Source: Spirochaetaceae bacterium (GTDB lineage Bacteria; Spirochaetota; Spirochaetia; DSM-2461). From it: a stretch of DNA of 64,000 bases. Below are positions 47,219-56,968 of this stretch, piece by piece. Position 1 is the stretch's first letter, and each line of letters opens with the position of its first letter. The stretch covers positions 2,048,001-2,112,000 of the forward strand of contig OZ245056.1 of NCBI GenBank assembly GCA_965224705.1, read 5' to 3'. A program made the translations under genes and the position numbers. The notes under the pieces were generated by a model that saw only the letters and a program-made list of their open reading frames with translations, was not told the DNA's origin and did no database searches.

Positions 47219-50200
47219 GGTCTACCTCTTCGAACGATTCCATACCGCTCCACCATTAATCCGTCGAATTGGCCCTCCTGCCATTGCTCCCGCACGGTAT
47301 GACCGACAAAAACACGGAGCTCTACAGCACCATCTGTGTTTTTTGTTTCTTCCGTCTCCACATTTTCATTCGAGTAAATCGACACATAAACCGGCGATGC
47401 TCCGCCCCCCACTGTAGCCTCCCCGGACCGCACGGAGTCAGCGAACGGGGCCGGAAGAATCATTTCTCCCCGGTGGATATCCGCCTGCATATCCTGCGGG
47501 ATATTCCAGGCTCCAGCGTCAAAAGATGGAGGCTGAGGTCTGGAGGCGACCACTGTGGCAACCTGTATGGCACCCAATGCCGCGGCTAACGGCCCCATGA
47601 CTAACCCCAGAGGCCAGGGTGCTGCTGTAAGTCCTGAGAGTGCGGCCATCGCGGCCTGCGCAATAGCGGCCACCACATTCAGCTCCCAGGCTGAAAGGCT
47701 TGCCTGGTACTTCATTCTGGCCTTTTTTTGTTCGTACCGTTCTTCTATTGCCAGACGCTTAGCCTCGTTCGCTTCATCCTGCTGGAGCTTATCCAGTTCT
47801 ATAGCCTTTTCTGCAGCGGCCTTTTCAATTTCATTTTTCTTCTCGATGTTGGCGGCGTTTTTCGCATCTTTTTCAAGATCGGCCAGCTCCTCTTCAGCCC
47901 TTTTTCTTTCTTTGCTATACCTGTTGACCTTTGCATCTTCCACGAGTCCCAGAGCCTGAAGTTCTGCCTGCATCTGAGCATCAACGGCGGCAATCTGCTG
48001 ATCTGCAATAGCGGAAATCAAATTCCCTATACTGGAAAACAAACTGCCCACCTGGCCGATTGCAGATGCCGCATTATTCGCCCAGTCCTGCCAATCCCAT
48101 TCAGCCAATATTTCTTTCAAGGTTTTGGTTCCAGAGCTGGTTTCTTTAAGCTTTTCTATGAGTTTTCTGTAGTAGCTATTAATGGCTTCAAGGTCCTTTT
48201 TTTGTGCACCATTTGCCTTTGCCCGCGTCACTGCCGCATTCCATTCGGCTCTAATCGCTTCTTCCTGCGTCATGGACAGCTGCTCAAGTTTTGACCTGTA
48301 TTCGTCAGTGCCGATGTTTGCCTCACGTTGGTTAGCAATAAGTGTCCTGTAATAGGTATCGATAGTCTCCAGTGTTTCAGGTGTTGCGCCGACAGCTATG
48401 GCCTGCACAATGGCCTGCTCCTTCATTAGCTCCAGCCGTTCTATTTCATCAGCCTTAAGCAACTTAAGTTTTGCCTTATACTCATCGAGCAGTGCAGCGT
48501 TTTGCTCTGCTTGCTCCTGCTTCTCTTTTGCGGCCTCCTCTTCTGTCCTGGCAGTCTCTTCAGTGAGCCTGGCGGCCTCTCTTTTTTGTTTTGCGGCATC
48601 TGCTGCGGCATCTGCTGCGTCTTTTTCTGCCTGCGCTGTTTTTGCTAACTCCTGCGCCTGCCTTGCCACCTCATCAGCAATCCCCCTATCAATTGCCGCA
48701 ATCTCTGACAGCGTAATCAGATTGTCGTTATGTAAACCAGCCAGAGCGTTGATGCTTTCTTTGCGCTGCACCTCAAGGCCAAGAGACTCCTGTTCAAGAC
48801 CAAGAATATTTTGTATCAGCTTTCTTTTCGCATCCAGGCCTTGCTCATCGCCTTTGTGATAGATAGCTGTCGCCCTCGTCAGAACATTGAGCCGTGTAAG
48901 CTCTTCTGTAGAAATTTGCTTTTCAGTTGCAATCTCGTCCCGACGAAAATCTATTTTTCTCTTTAATGCCGTAATTTCCTGCTCTATAGCGTGAATGCTT
49001 ACCCATTCAATTTCTTCAAGGACTTTTAAAACTTCCTTATTTTGTTCTATTTCGGCCCCTGTCCGTTCCTGCTGCTTTCTGAATAAGGCTTCCTCGGCAA
49101 TAAATGCCCGTAAAGCCTGTTTGGTCTCCAGAATGGCGATCTCTTTACGAGTTTTCAGTAATTCTCGCTCTAAATCTGTCAAACCGGAGATATCGCCCGC
49201 CAATTCTTCTGCAACAGCCTGATACTCGCCGGTTGCCTTTTTTAATTGATCGGTTGCCTCTTTAAGCTCATCGCTACGGTCTCGTGCATCACTCATTTTC
49301 AGTGCTATCCCGGCGACTGCCGCCACGGCCACGCCTATCCATCCACCGGTCAGAAAAGAGGCCGCTAAAGCGGCAATCCCAATAGACAATTCCTTCATCG
49401 CCGGGGACAGGTCTTCGGCCCAGCTCAATAAATCCAGGGCGGCACCCAGGAAATCAGAAACATAGGGCAAAAGCACTGTGCCAAAAGAAGCCCCTACATC
49501 TGCAAGGGACTGCTGCATCGCCTTTGTGCGGTTGGCCACTGAATCACTGGTTTTAGCGGCATCACCAAGCCTGTAGTCATAATCACGCCAATCGCTAATT
49601 GTCTGCCCCAGGGCATTAGAGGATTGTTCTACAATACCAGATAGCACCGCCTCTTGTTTTTCCAGATTATCCATTTCCTGCCAGGTTTTACCCAGTGCCG
49701 CTGCGTATTCTCCCTGGTTGATTATGGCCACATTGAGTCCAACGCCCAGCCGGCGCAAAGCCTCAAACTGCCCGGATAGCCCGGATTGGATTGCCGCGCT
49801 TGTCTCCTCAAAGGATGTGTTAGAAAATGAAGATAAATCGTTGGTTATTCCGACAATTGCCTCGGAAAACCTTGCCGCTTCCGGGGCCGTGTCCCCGAAA
49901 CCTGTGCGGATATCTTGTAGAGTAGCCAGGTACTCCCTTGTGGCCATATCTCCACGGCCAACGGCATCGGTGTATTGTTTAATCCAGACATTGGTAGTTT
50001 TCTCGGCACCCTTGAAGACGACCGAAAATTTATTACCAAGCTCCTGGGCATCTGACCCGAGCCCAACGAGTTTTTTCCCAAGAAGAGCCATTGCTCCTGC
50101 CCCGAGAAATCGAGAGATCATAGCCCCTGTGCTCTTTGCCGTCCCAGTGAGCTTGTGCATCCCTTTACTTGATTCGTTGAGTCCCTTTTTTAGGTTTGCG

Positions 50201-50247
50201 CTGTCGGCTGTAATTCTATAGACAAGCTTTCCAGCTTCAGTTTCCAT
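47215..50247 (-). CDS. Tail tape measure protein
   Basis: 1010 aa, Ala-rich helical sequence, N-terminal LVYRITAD, C-terminal IHRGEMILP. Confidence 0.93.
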   Translation of the reverse strand: METEAGKLVYRITADSANLKKGLNESSKGMHKLTGTAKSTGAMISRFLGAGAMALLGKKLVGLGSDAQELGNKFSVVFKGAEKTTNVWIKQYTDAVGRGDMATREYLATLQDIRTGFGDTAPEAARFSEAIVGITNDLSSFSNTSFEETSAAIQSGLSGQFEALRRLGVGLNVAIINQGEYAAALGKTWQEMDNLEKQEAVLSGIVEQSSNALGQTISDWRDYDYRLGDAAKTSDSVANRTKAMQQSLADVGASFGTVLLPYVSDFLGAALDLLSWAEDLSPAMKELSIGIAALAASFLTGGWIGVAVAAVAGIALKMSDARDRSDELKEATDQLKKATGEYQAVAEELAGDISGLTDLERELLKTRKEIAILETKQALRAFIAEEALFRKQQERTGAEIEQNKEVLKVLEEIEWVSIHAIEQEITALKRKIDFRRDEIATEKQISTEELTRLNVLTRATAIYHKGDEQGLDAKRKLIQNILGLEQESLGLEVQRKESINALAGLHNDNLITLSEIAAIDRGIADEVARQAQELAKTAQAEKDAADAAADAAKQKREAARLTEETARTEEEAAKEKQEQAEQNAALLDEYKAKLKLLKADEIERLELMKEQAIVQAIAVGATPETLETIDTYYRTLIANQREANIGTDEYRSKLEQLSMTQEEAIRAEWNAAVTRAKANGAQKKDLEAINSYYRKLIEKLKETSSGTKTLKEILAEWDWQDWANNAASAIGQVGSLFSSIGNLISAIADQQIAAVDAQMQAELQALGLVEDAKVNRYSKERKRAEEELADLEKDAKNAANIEKKNEIEKAAAEKAIELDKLQQDEANEAKRLAIEERYEQKKARMKYQASLSAWELNVVAAIAQAAMAALSGLTAAPWPLGLVMGPLAAALGAIQVATVVASRPQPPSFDAGAWNIPQDMQADIHRGEMILPAPFADSVRSGEATVGGGASPVYVSIYSNENVETEETKNTDGAVELRVFVGHTVREQWQEGQFDGLMVERYGIVRRGRP

Positions 50248-50462
50248 TTGTTTTGATACCTATACCAACACATGACAAATCGATGTAATCATTAGTCTTT
50301 ACCGTTTCTACATCAAAAATCAGCTCCCGTTCTTGTGCAGATAGAAATGGGAGGTAATCCTTAACGTCCAGAAGGTCCATCTCCCTGAAAAAAACTTTCG
50401 GAGTAATGTAACTCCAATGCTTCCCGAGTAGGACAGCCAGTCTAGGGTAGTTTATTGAGTAC
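50237..50462 (-). CDS. -1 frameshift extension of the tail assembly chaperone (gpGT-like)
   Basis: After GAA AAA AAA AG the -1 frame stays open (KYSINYPRLAVLLGKHW...KTNGN*) up to a stop overlapping the tape-measure start. Confidence 0.8.
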
Positions 50463-50877
50463 TTTTTTTTTCAGAGCCTTTAATGTCTGATTTCTTCGGA
50501 GCGTCCTTTGCAAGAGAGGCGTTGATGATTGTTTCAAAATCTGCAGCTTCCGCATGTCGCTCCCACCAGTCCAGGTCATATTCATAGCCATTGACAGTTA
50601 AAAGAAGATGCATAATTTCAGACATAGTCTCGCTGTCCCACCGCCCGAACTCCTCGGCTTCCGCAAACAGAGATGCCTTGCGCTCATCCAGCTCCTGGCC
50701 TGTAATCTCCTCGATACCCTTTAGCGACTCGATTCTTTCGCGGAAACGGTTCAGTCTTTCCGCCTGCAAGCGCCTAACAGCGTTGACAACCTTGACGATT
50801 CGGAATGTCTCCCCGCCAATCTGAATTTCAATAACCTCACGGCCAATGGTCTTGTCCAGGTTAATCTTCTGCACCAT
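50452..50877 (-). CDS. Tail assembly chaperone (gpG-like)
   Basis: Lies between the major tail and tape measure genes and ends in an A9 slippery run. Confidence 0.8.
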   Translation of the reverse strand: MVQKINLDKTIGREVIEIQIGGETFRIVKVVNAVRRLQAERLNRFRERIESLKGIEEITGQELDERKASLFAEAEEFGRWDSETMSEIMHLLLTVNGYEYDLDWWERHAEAADFETIINASLAKDAPKKSDIKGSEKKSTQ

Positions 50878-50883
50878 TACAAA

Positions 50884-51690
50884 TCAGCTCTCATCGATCT
50901 CGTCAACGATCTCCATCAACTGTTCTCCCTCCGGCCTTGTCACATCAAGCCCAGCAGTCATCTCAATCTGCATTGAGCTGGGACGGTCGTTGTTGGCTTG
51001 GGGAAATGCAAAATTGAACCCTGCACGGTTGGTAGCAGAGAACATCGTCGCCTGGAACAGCTTACCTCCTTGAGTCTTTGCAAACCGGACAACTTTCGGC
51101 CCAATCGAGATCGAGGATGACCCGAGTTTGGCCACCCTCCTGGCCGATGGGGTGTAGCTTGCGGTAATCGTTACGCTTTTGGCTGTATCAAGCGAAGAAC
51201 TGCCCGAAGTGTCCAGATAAATCCCCCATGCACCAGACCCGGCCTGCTTGACCAGGAAATAATCATCACCCTCAACCAATGTACTGCCATCGGACATAAC
51301 AGTAACCGTCGGCACACTCCCATCGTGCTGCTGTGCGTCAAGCAAGTAGGTCTGTAGATTGACCCACCCGGCGTTGATAGTTTGCACCTGGCCTGTTATC
51401 GGGGTACCAGCTACCGTCTCCAGACTCATGAGACCGTCTGTCAATTTTGATAACACAGCCAGGTCAATCTGGAGCACGGAAAAGGTTGCGGTTGCCTGGA
51501 TGTTCTTGGCATATCTTAAGACGTCCTCATTTTTGCTCCCCTTGACATCCACCATGTCAAACGAAATATTGATCGTCGCGTCTGCGTCATCTGGTAGGAC
51601 ACCGACAGATTCCAAAGAGTCTTCTGCGTCGCCTATAGACACCGTACATCCGCTGGGGATGTGCACTTTTTTATAGTTGCTATTTACCAT
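50884..51690 (-). CDS. Major tail tube protein
   Basis: Position, beta-rich sequence, AAGGAG RBS, Ig-like insert (TLVEGDDY). Confidence 0.75.
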   Translation of the reverse strand: MVNSNYKKVHIPSGCTVSIGDAEDSLESVGVLPDDADATINISFDMVDVKGSKNEDVLRYAKNIQATATFSVLQIDLAVLSKLTDGLMSLETVAGTPITGQVQTINAGWVNLQTYLLDAQQHDGSVPTVTVMSDGSTLVEGDDYFLVKQAGSGAWGIYLDTSGSSSLDTAKSVTITASYTPSARRVAKLGSSSISIGPKVVRFAKTQGGKLFQATMFSATNRAGFNFAFPQANNDRPSSMQIEMTAGLDVTRPEGEQLMEIVDEIDES

Positions 51691-51692
51691 AA

Positions 51693-52058
51693 TTACTCCT
51701 TGTAATTAAATTTTAATTCGACGGCAGCAAGGTAACTTCCATCATCGTTGCGGATCAGCCCATTGCGGACGGCCCGCATACTATTTGCGTACACCCCTTC
51801 TGTTAAGATACCGGTGTACCTGTCAAGCTCATTGACCACCATGTCGGCCAACTCAATTGCCGCATATTGACTTTCTCCGTAGCAGCTCAGCTGGAACGCG
51901 GGGAAGTAGGCCCCTGTCCCGCTTGCCCTGCCGGGCGTGATGGAATGCACTACGATGTATGGAGCCTGCACCACTGTGTCAGCTTCGGCAAAGTATACCT
52001 TCCCATCGGCCAATCCCGTATTCTTGAGATAATCCCTGGCGGCCTGCTCCGGGCTCAT
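51693..52058 (-). CDS. Tail terminator/completion protein
   Basis: KVYF.EA...APYIV and FQLSCYG..A..LAD.V motifs. Confidence 0.75.
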   Translation of the reverse strand: MSPEQAARDYLKNTGLADGKVYFAEADTVVQAPYIVVHSITPGRASGTGAYFPAFQLSCYGESQYAAIELADMVVNELDRYTGILTEGVYANSMRAVRNGLIRNDDGSYLAAVELKFNYKE

Positions 52059-52432
52059 ACTTTTTGCTCCTCATATCGGACAGAAATTTTTTTCCCTGTT
52101 TCTTCTTTGAAAATCTCGGAAATACCTTTTTCAGCAGCCTTAGCGCCGTCCCTCATATACGGCTGGGGCGCCTGGTTAAATTCCCGGCCCAGAATGTCTT
52201 TGCCTTTAAAACCATATTCAACGCGTAGTGCGTATTCCATGTTAGTACTCACTTCTCCTGTCAACCCATTGAAATCCATTGTAACCGACTCCACCAGGTC
52301 CCCATGATCCTCGGGCGTTATGCTTTGGATCTCACCATGCATCACAACCGTGGATTTAGCGACAGCTCTTGCCAGTGCTCTATCGATCTCCGTCTTCACG
52401 GATTGCGTGCCGTCCAAAAAGGTACTGCTCAT
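52055..52432 (-). CDS. HK97 gp10-like neck protein
   Basis: TPEDHGDL, EYALRVEYG and APQPYMR motifs. Confidence 0.85.
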   Translation of the reverse strand: MSSTFLDGTQSVKTEIDRALARAVAKSTVVMHGEIQSITPEDHGDLVESVTMDFNGLTGEVSTNMEYALRVEYGFKGKDILGREFNQAPQPYMRDGAKAAEKGISEIFKEETGKKISVRYEEQKV

Positions 52433-52740
52433 TCTATTGATTCTCCATCAATTTCGACATGTGAGTCATACCTTCTTATCCCAAGTATTTTTATTGACTC
52501 CCCACTAATAGAAACACGGCCAAGCACGTCAATATCTCCAGGATGGAGCAGCACAAGGTGTTCGCATATACCGACCTGCCGGTCGTCCCGGAAGATTCTT
52601 TTCTGGGACCCAGGCATCAACTTCCCAAAGGTCTTTCGAAGGACTTTTTGGGGTTCATCTCCGGCGCCGGCACCAAAATCTCCGCGAGACGCCCGGCGAT
52701 AAAGCGTCGCCGGGCTGGACATTATCGATTCGATACTCAT
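52429..52740 (-). CDS. Head closure protein
   Basis: Synteny, size, terminal SHVEI. Confidence 0.65.
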   Translation of the reverse strand: MSIESIMSSPATLYRRASRGDFGAGAGDEPQKVLRKTFGKLMPGSQKRIFRDDRQVGICEHLVLLHPGDIDVLGRVSISGESIKILGIRRYDSHVEIDGESIE

Positions 52741-53078
52741 GCTGTTCTCGCGAACCTCCTTATTTTTTTGACGATATAGGCGGGATATCCCATCGTTCTT
52801 TCTGTGTCGTATGTGTGTGAGTAGCTGCCACTACGTTCGGCACTGGTCCCCACATTCCCTGCCAGGCTCTGCATTTTGAAAGAAATCATCTCAGCAAGTG
52901 TCAGCTTAATCCCTTCCGGGTACACCGTCTGTCCATTATCATCAGTATCAAAATCCCGACCGCGAATAGTGAGATAATCAGCTTCAACCAGAGGGATCAA
53001 TGCCTCAATTTGGGCATCGTCCTGGCTGTGCGGGACTTTGCCCAAAACCTTGTACTCAGCCAGCGTCAGTGCTGACAT
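52737..53078 (-). CDS. Head-tail connector protein
   Basis: TLAEYK..DDAQIEALI and SAERSGSYSHTY motifs. Confidence 0.8.
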   Translation of the reverse strand: MSALTLAEYKVLGKVPHSQDDAQIEALIPLVEADYLTIRGRDFDTDDNGQTVYPEGIKLTLAEMISFKMQSLAGNVGTSAERSGSYSHTYDTERTMGYPAYIVKKIRRFARTA

Positions 53079-53361
53079 CTTCTTTCTTCTTCTTTCTCAC
53101 CGAGTGAGTGTTTTCATCGACAGGCTCCGCAGCGGAATCATCTTCGTCAGGCTCCACTGGCGGAGGCGCTGCATCGGATTTCACACGGTGAGCCGGAGAT
53201 ACTGTGGTGAAAAAGCTGTTGGACTTAAGGTGCCGTATCAAGGCATCCTGCTTACGGCCCTTGACACCCGCTGTGTCAAAGACCCCGGACTCATCAGTCC
53301 GATACCTGATGTGCCCATAAGTGAACATCGCTTTGGTTTTGGTGACAGACTGGAATTTCAT
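53056..53361 (-). CDS. Hypothetical phage protein
   Basis: Overlaps both neighbours in the head operon. Confidence 0.65.
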   Translation of the reverse strand: MKFQSVTKTKAMFTYGHIRYRTDESGVFDTAGVKGRKQDALIRHLKSNSFFTTVSPAHRVKSDAAPPPVEPDEDDSAAEPVDENTHSVRKKKKEDVSTDAG

Positions 53362-54506
53362 ACTGTCAGCCCGACGGCCATGCCATGACAGGTTTGTCCA
53401 TTGCGCACCTCTAAAGTGTACTCCCCAAGTATCCTGCGTGCGATATAATCAGCTCCCGGCAAAGTTGCATCCTTGTCACTCATGGCCCCTCCGGCCAACG
53501 GATGCAGAGATATTTTGTCAAGATCAAGGACAAATATCCTGTCTTTCGGCAGATTTGGTTCAACGGCGATAAAAGCTTCATACGGATTGCCGTTGAAGGC
53601 AGGGATGTCACCGTAAAGTTTATTTACAGCAGCACCAGCCGAGGCTGTGGACGCTGTTGCGGGTACTTTGTCCTTGGTCATCAAGGCGGATATCCGCCGC
53701 GCCTGGTTCGGAGCAGCACATATGGCATATCTCTGTGACATCCCGCCGTTGACAAAGACGATCTCAAAAATATTATTGATGATATCCATAGACAAGGTGC
53801 CGCCGGTCGCCTCTATCACTCCGCTTTCCAGGTATTCCATAAGACCGCCAAAACTCCCCGTTGCACCGTTATCCCACGAAACACGCCTACCAAAGATAAG
53901 CTGGTCATTCATTTCGCGGGTAATTTCCATCATCATAATCTTGACCTGGTAATTAAGCATATTGGATATGCCATGGTAGGCGATGCCTTGCGCTGACCGC
54001 GAGACTTTGGCTGTCCTATCAAAGATTTGAGTATAGTTGTACTGCGTAACCGGTTCACGGCCCCAGTCAGCAGATGGATCCGTTGCTTCCGGTCTTGGTC
54101 GTGACAAGGGGATCGCAATTGTATTTGCTGGTATAGTCGCCGGCGTAGTACCGCCATACCCCCTGGAGATCGTCAGATTTTTTGCGCTCTCGTCAACAGC
54201 TGTAACAACTACCTGTTCGGCAAGAGGAGAGCCGTCCGCACCTTCTAGGCGCAATACCACTCCATCTTTAAGCTGAGGCGTTGAATCAACCGTAATAACA
54301 GTATCTGTATCGGATAGTTGGGACTGGACGGTGTATTGTTTTGCGGAGATTTCATCCTCCAGCCATTCGTGCTTCTTTGCGCGCGCCGCGTTTCCTACCC
54401 GCACAAGCCGGATAAGCCGTGGGGACTGTTCAATGACCTGGGTAAAAACACCTCCCAGGTCCCGTTTGATATTTTGAAATTCATAACTTAATATAGGTCC
54501 AGGCAT
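53358..54506 (-). CDS. Major capsid protein (DUF5309/SU10-like)
   Basis: KHEWLEDE, NYTQIF..AKVS.SAQ and ILGEYTLEVRN motifs; GGAGGG RBS. Confidence 0.88.
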   Translation of the reverse strand: MPGPILSYEFQNIKRDLGGVFTQVIEQSPRLIRLVRVGNAARAKKHEWLEDEISAKQYTVQSQLSDTDTVITVDSTPQLKDGVVLRLEGADGSPLAEQVVVTAVDESAKNLTISRGYGGTTPATIPANTIAIPLSRPRPEATDPSADWGREPVTQYNYTQIFDRTAKVSRSAQGIAYHGISNMLNYQVKIMMMEITREMNDQLIFGRRVSWDNGATGSFGGLMEYLESGVIEATGGTLSMDIINNIFEIVFVNGGMSQRYAICAAPNQARRISALMTKDKVPATASTASAGAAVNKLYGDIPAFNGNPYEAFIAVEPNLPKDRIFVLDLDKISLHPLAGGAMSDKDATLPGADYIARRILGEYTLEVRNGQTCHGMAVGLTV

Positions 54507-54545
54507 GATGCCCTCCTTATCCCTGTAATAAAAAAGCTGTTATGG

Positions 54546-55244
54546 TTAGATACCCATAGTCGCTTGCGCGGCAAGATTCAAAGAGTCCTCTATCGTTTTC
54601 CCAAGCTTAACTTCACCTGCGGCACCCGACGCCGATACAGGCGCAGAACCCTTCACAGCATCCCTGGATGCTTTTTCATACCCGCGCTTCTCTGCTTCAG
54701 CAATCAACTCCATCAACCTCTTGCCCTTCTTAAATATTTCATCCTGATCCTTTCCAGCCAGAATGAACCTGTCTTCTTCCTTGATTCCACAGCGTTCAGC
54801 CGCTAAACCCACACATTCACCGAGGAACTTTTCCATACGCTCAGATTCTTCACGCTCCTGTTTTTCAGAACGTTCCGACTCTTCCGCCTTCTTGCGCTCC
54901 TCTTCAGACATATGCTGTTTACGCAATTCCGCCATTTCTTTTTCGATGGCGGATACCCGCCTGGCCTGCCCGTCGCGGTCGGCCTTGAGCTTTTTCAGCT
55001 CCTCTTCCTTTGACTCAAGCTGTTTAGCCAATTCGTCAGGTTTTGGAGCATTGAGCAGCTTCTCTTGCTCTTTGAGCTTTACAAGCTCTTCCTCTTTCGC
55101 CTTCAGCTGTGCTTTCAGTTCCTCCGGTTTCAGCCCTTCGCCGCCACCCTGAGGCCCCGCATTACCATCTGGGCTCCCGTTGTCTCCGGTGTCACCTGCA
55201 CCGCCTGCAGCACCGGAATCTGGTGCCAGCAAAATTTTGAACAT
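54546..55244 (-). CDS. Capsid scaffolding protein
   Basis: Gly-rich leader, Lys/Glu coiled coil, directly upstream of the capsid gene. Confidence 0.8.
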   Translation of the reverse strand: MFKILLAPDSGAAGGAGDTGDNGSPDGNAGPQGGGEGLKPEELKAQLKAKEEELVKLKEQEKLLNAPKPDELAKQLESKEEELKKLKADRDGQARRVSAIEKEMAELRKQHMSEEERKKAEESERSEKQEREESERMEKFLGECVGLAAERCGIKEEDRFILAGKDQDEIFKKGKRLMELIAEAEKRGYEKASRDAVKGSAPVSASGAAGEVKLGKTIEDSLNLAAQATMGI

Positions 55245-55311
55245 TTCTCCTCCCCTGGTTTGCTTAAAAGCACACCCCAGTTGATTTTTTAGAGGGTAGA
55301 AGGATTGCTAT

Positions 55312-55336
55312 GGACAAAACTAGATAAGTTTTGTCA
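55312..55336 (-). promoter_or_regulatory. Candidate Mor-box late promoter (scaffold/capsid operon)
   Basis: TGACAAAACT-TATCT-AGTTTTGTCC, 13 nt, TACCCT. Confidence 0.72.
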
Positions 55337-55352
55337 TTTTGTTAAAATCTGC

Positions 55353-55381
55353 TTGACGTTCTTCCAGAAGGAGGATATATT
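55353..55381 (+). promoter_or_regulatory. Near-consensus sigma70 promoter firing against the late operon
   Basis: TTGACG-N17-TATATT. Confidence 0.7.
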
Positions 55382-55385
55382 CAAA

Positions 55386-55491
55386 GAGGATCGGGGGCTA
55401 CGAAGCTCTTCGGAGTGGATAACCCCGGGCCACCCGTCTTTCAAGCAGGTGCAAGGATTGTGAGCAATTTTCCACATCCACCTTGCACCTG
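55386..55491 (+). ncRNA. Candidate structured small RNA
   Basis: Begins about 5 nt after the -10. Long irregular hairpin capped by c(UUCG)g, then an 11-bp stem CAGGTGCAAGG/CCTTGCACCTG. Confidence 0.5.
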
Positions 55492-55588
55492 GATAATAGC
55501 AGAAATTGAAATATCTCTTAAGGTTTATCGAATCATTGCGTTCAGGCTTACTTGTAATGCCGTGCCGAAAAGGACTTTTCCAGAATCC

Positions 55589-56968
55589 CTATCTTAGAAT
55601 TTCTGTCCTGCTTTTTTTCCAAAGAATATCTTTATTCATAATTACCACCACTTCGTTGATATTTCCTTTTATTTTAACCCTACCGCGAATTGCCCTATCA
55701 ATAATCTCTGAAGGAACTCTGGCCGACATAACTAAAACAACTTTGTTAGCCTGATGCCCAGCCTTTCGGAGATTCCTGCTGATAGAACCATAAGTTCCAG
55801 ATTGATTGGTTTTGAACTCCCATAATTCACCGTCGATAAGCGCATCAGCTGATTTAACACCTTTTTCCATTGACCTTTCCAAAAGCTGCACTCTATACCC
55901 ATTATCCGCCAGGATTTTGGCTGTTTTTAGATTTTGTGCATCTTCCGGTTCCTCGCGGTCACTGTCCTTACGAATCCAACCGCCTGTCTTACTTTTGTAA
56001 ACAAAATTACCTGGCAGTGTCCGGCCAGTGCCAACACTCTTATACCACTTTCCATAGGATATCCAGGGCCGCTTCCCATCACCCCGCACATACCGCATTT
56101 TAGGAGGGTACCCAGGGATTTGAGCCCGCAATCTACAGCGGCACTGGATATCAAAGCTGGCTACACCTGACTGTAACGGGGCCGCAACTTTCCCAACGGC
56201 GGTATCAAAAAAGCCATCCTCGCCGCGCCTTTGTCCGTCTAATGCTCCATGCTCGGGTCTGGTGCGCTTATCTAGAGCTGCATCCCAGATATATTCAAGT
56301 TCAATTCCAAGGGATTCCGCCTTACCATAGACCACCTGCTGCCCTTCCACTGCCGCTCGATGACCTTCTGTCCGTGCGATCCTCATTGAGGCATATGCTG
56401 CCCCTTTTTTTGTGTATTGATTATTATCATCAAATCCAAGCACCGCGCTTATTCGCTTGCTCATCTTGTTGTAAGACTCCCCGCGCACAAGGGACAAGGT
56501 TATTTCATTGCGCACCTTATTGACCTTAACCGCCCTATCCGTTGCTAAAGCTTTAGAGTCAGCAAGTTTTGAAAGGGGAAAAGTTACGACAGAATCAACG
56601 GCATCACCAGGGACCCTGCCCCAATCGAATGCAAACCCTGCGTCTTGATCAATCGCCCAAGCGTGACGATAGGACGAATCCTTGAAAACAGTTATTGTCT
56701 GTTTCTCAATATAAGTATCAACATTCTTCAAGTACTTCCCGAGCGTTTGCTTTACGTTTTTTTCAAGCGCCTGTAAGCGCTTGTAACGGTTCATTTCTGT
56801 CCAGTAGAGTTTTCCATCCTTTGCATATTTACGGTATAGGCCAGCAAGGTCCTGCTGTATTGATTCAAGCGCAACTTTATACGACTTAACAATCTCCTGT
56901 TCCGTCTCGTCAATACGTTTAAGGAGGTCTCCCTGAATATCTTTATATAATTCGTCAAAGAGTTTCAT
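55589..56968 (-). CDS. MuF/SPP1 gp7-like minor head protein with a C-terminal CdiA-C-like PD-(D/E)XK nuclease domain
   Basis: RIARTE, W.A.LDKRTRPEH.ALDG and IQCRC MuF motifs; tip KSADALIDGELWEFKT..I.RNLRKA.HQA. Start placed at the ATGA overlap with the portal stop. Confidence 0.85.
   Translation of the reverse strand: MKLFDELYKDIQGDLLKRIDETEQEIVKSYKVALESIQQDLAGLYRKYAKDGKLYWTEMNRYKRLQALEKNVKQTLGKYLKNVDTYIEKQTITVFKDSSYRHAWAIDQDAGFAFDWGRVPGDAVDSVVTFPLSKLADSKALATDRAVKVNKVRNEITLSLVRGESYNKMSKRISAVLGFDDNNQYTKKGAAYASMRIARTEGHRAAVEGQQVVYGKAESLGIELEYIWDAALDKRTRPEHGALDGQRRGEDGFFDTAVGKVAAPLQSGVASFDIQCRCRLRAQIPGYPPKMRYVRGDGKRPWISYGKWYKSVGTGRTLPGNFVYKSKTGGWIRKDSDREEPEDAQNLKTAKILADNGYRVQLLERSMEKGVKSADALIDGELWEFKTNQSGTYGSISRNLRKAGHQANKVVLVMSARVPSEIIDRAIRGRVKIKGNINEVVVIMNKDILWKKSRTEILR

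Noticed and set aside
55386..55441. Known ribozyme, riboswitch, SRP RNA or tRNA
   Set aside because: I could not match hammerhead, HDV-like, twister, SRP or cloverleaf consensus by eye; an Rfam search is needed.
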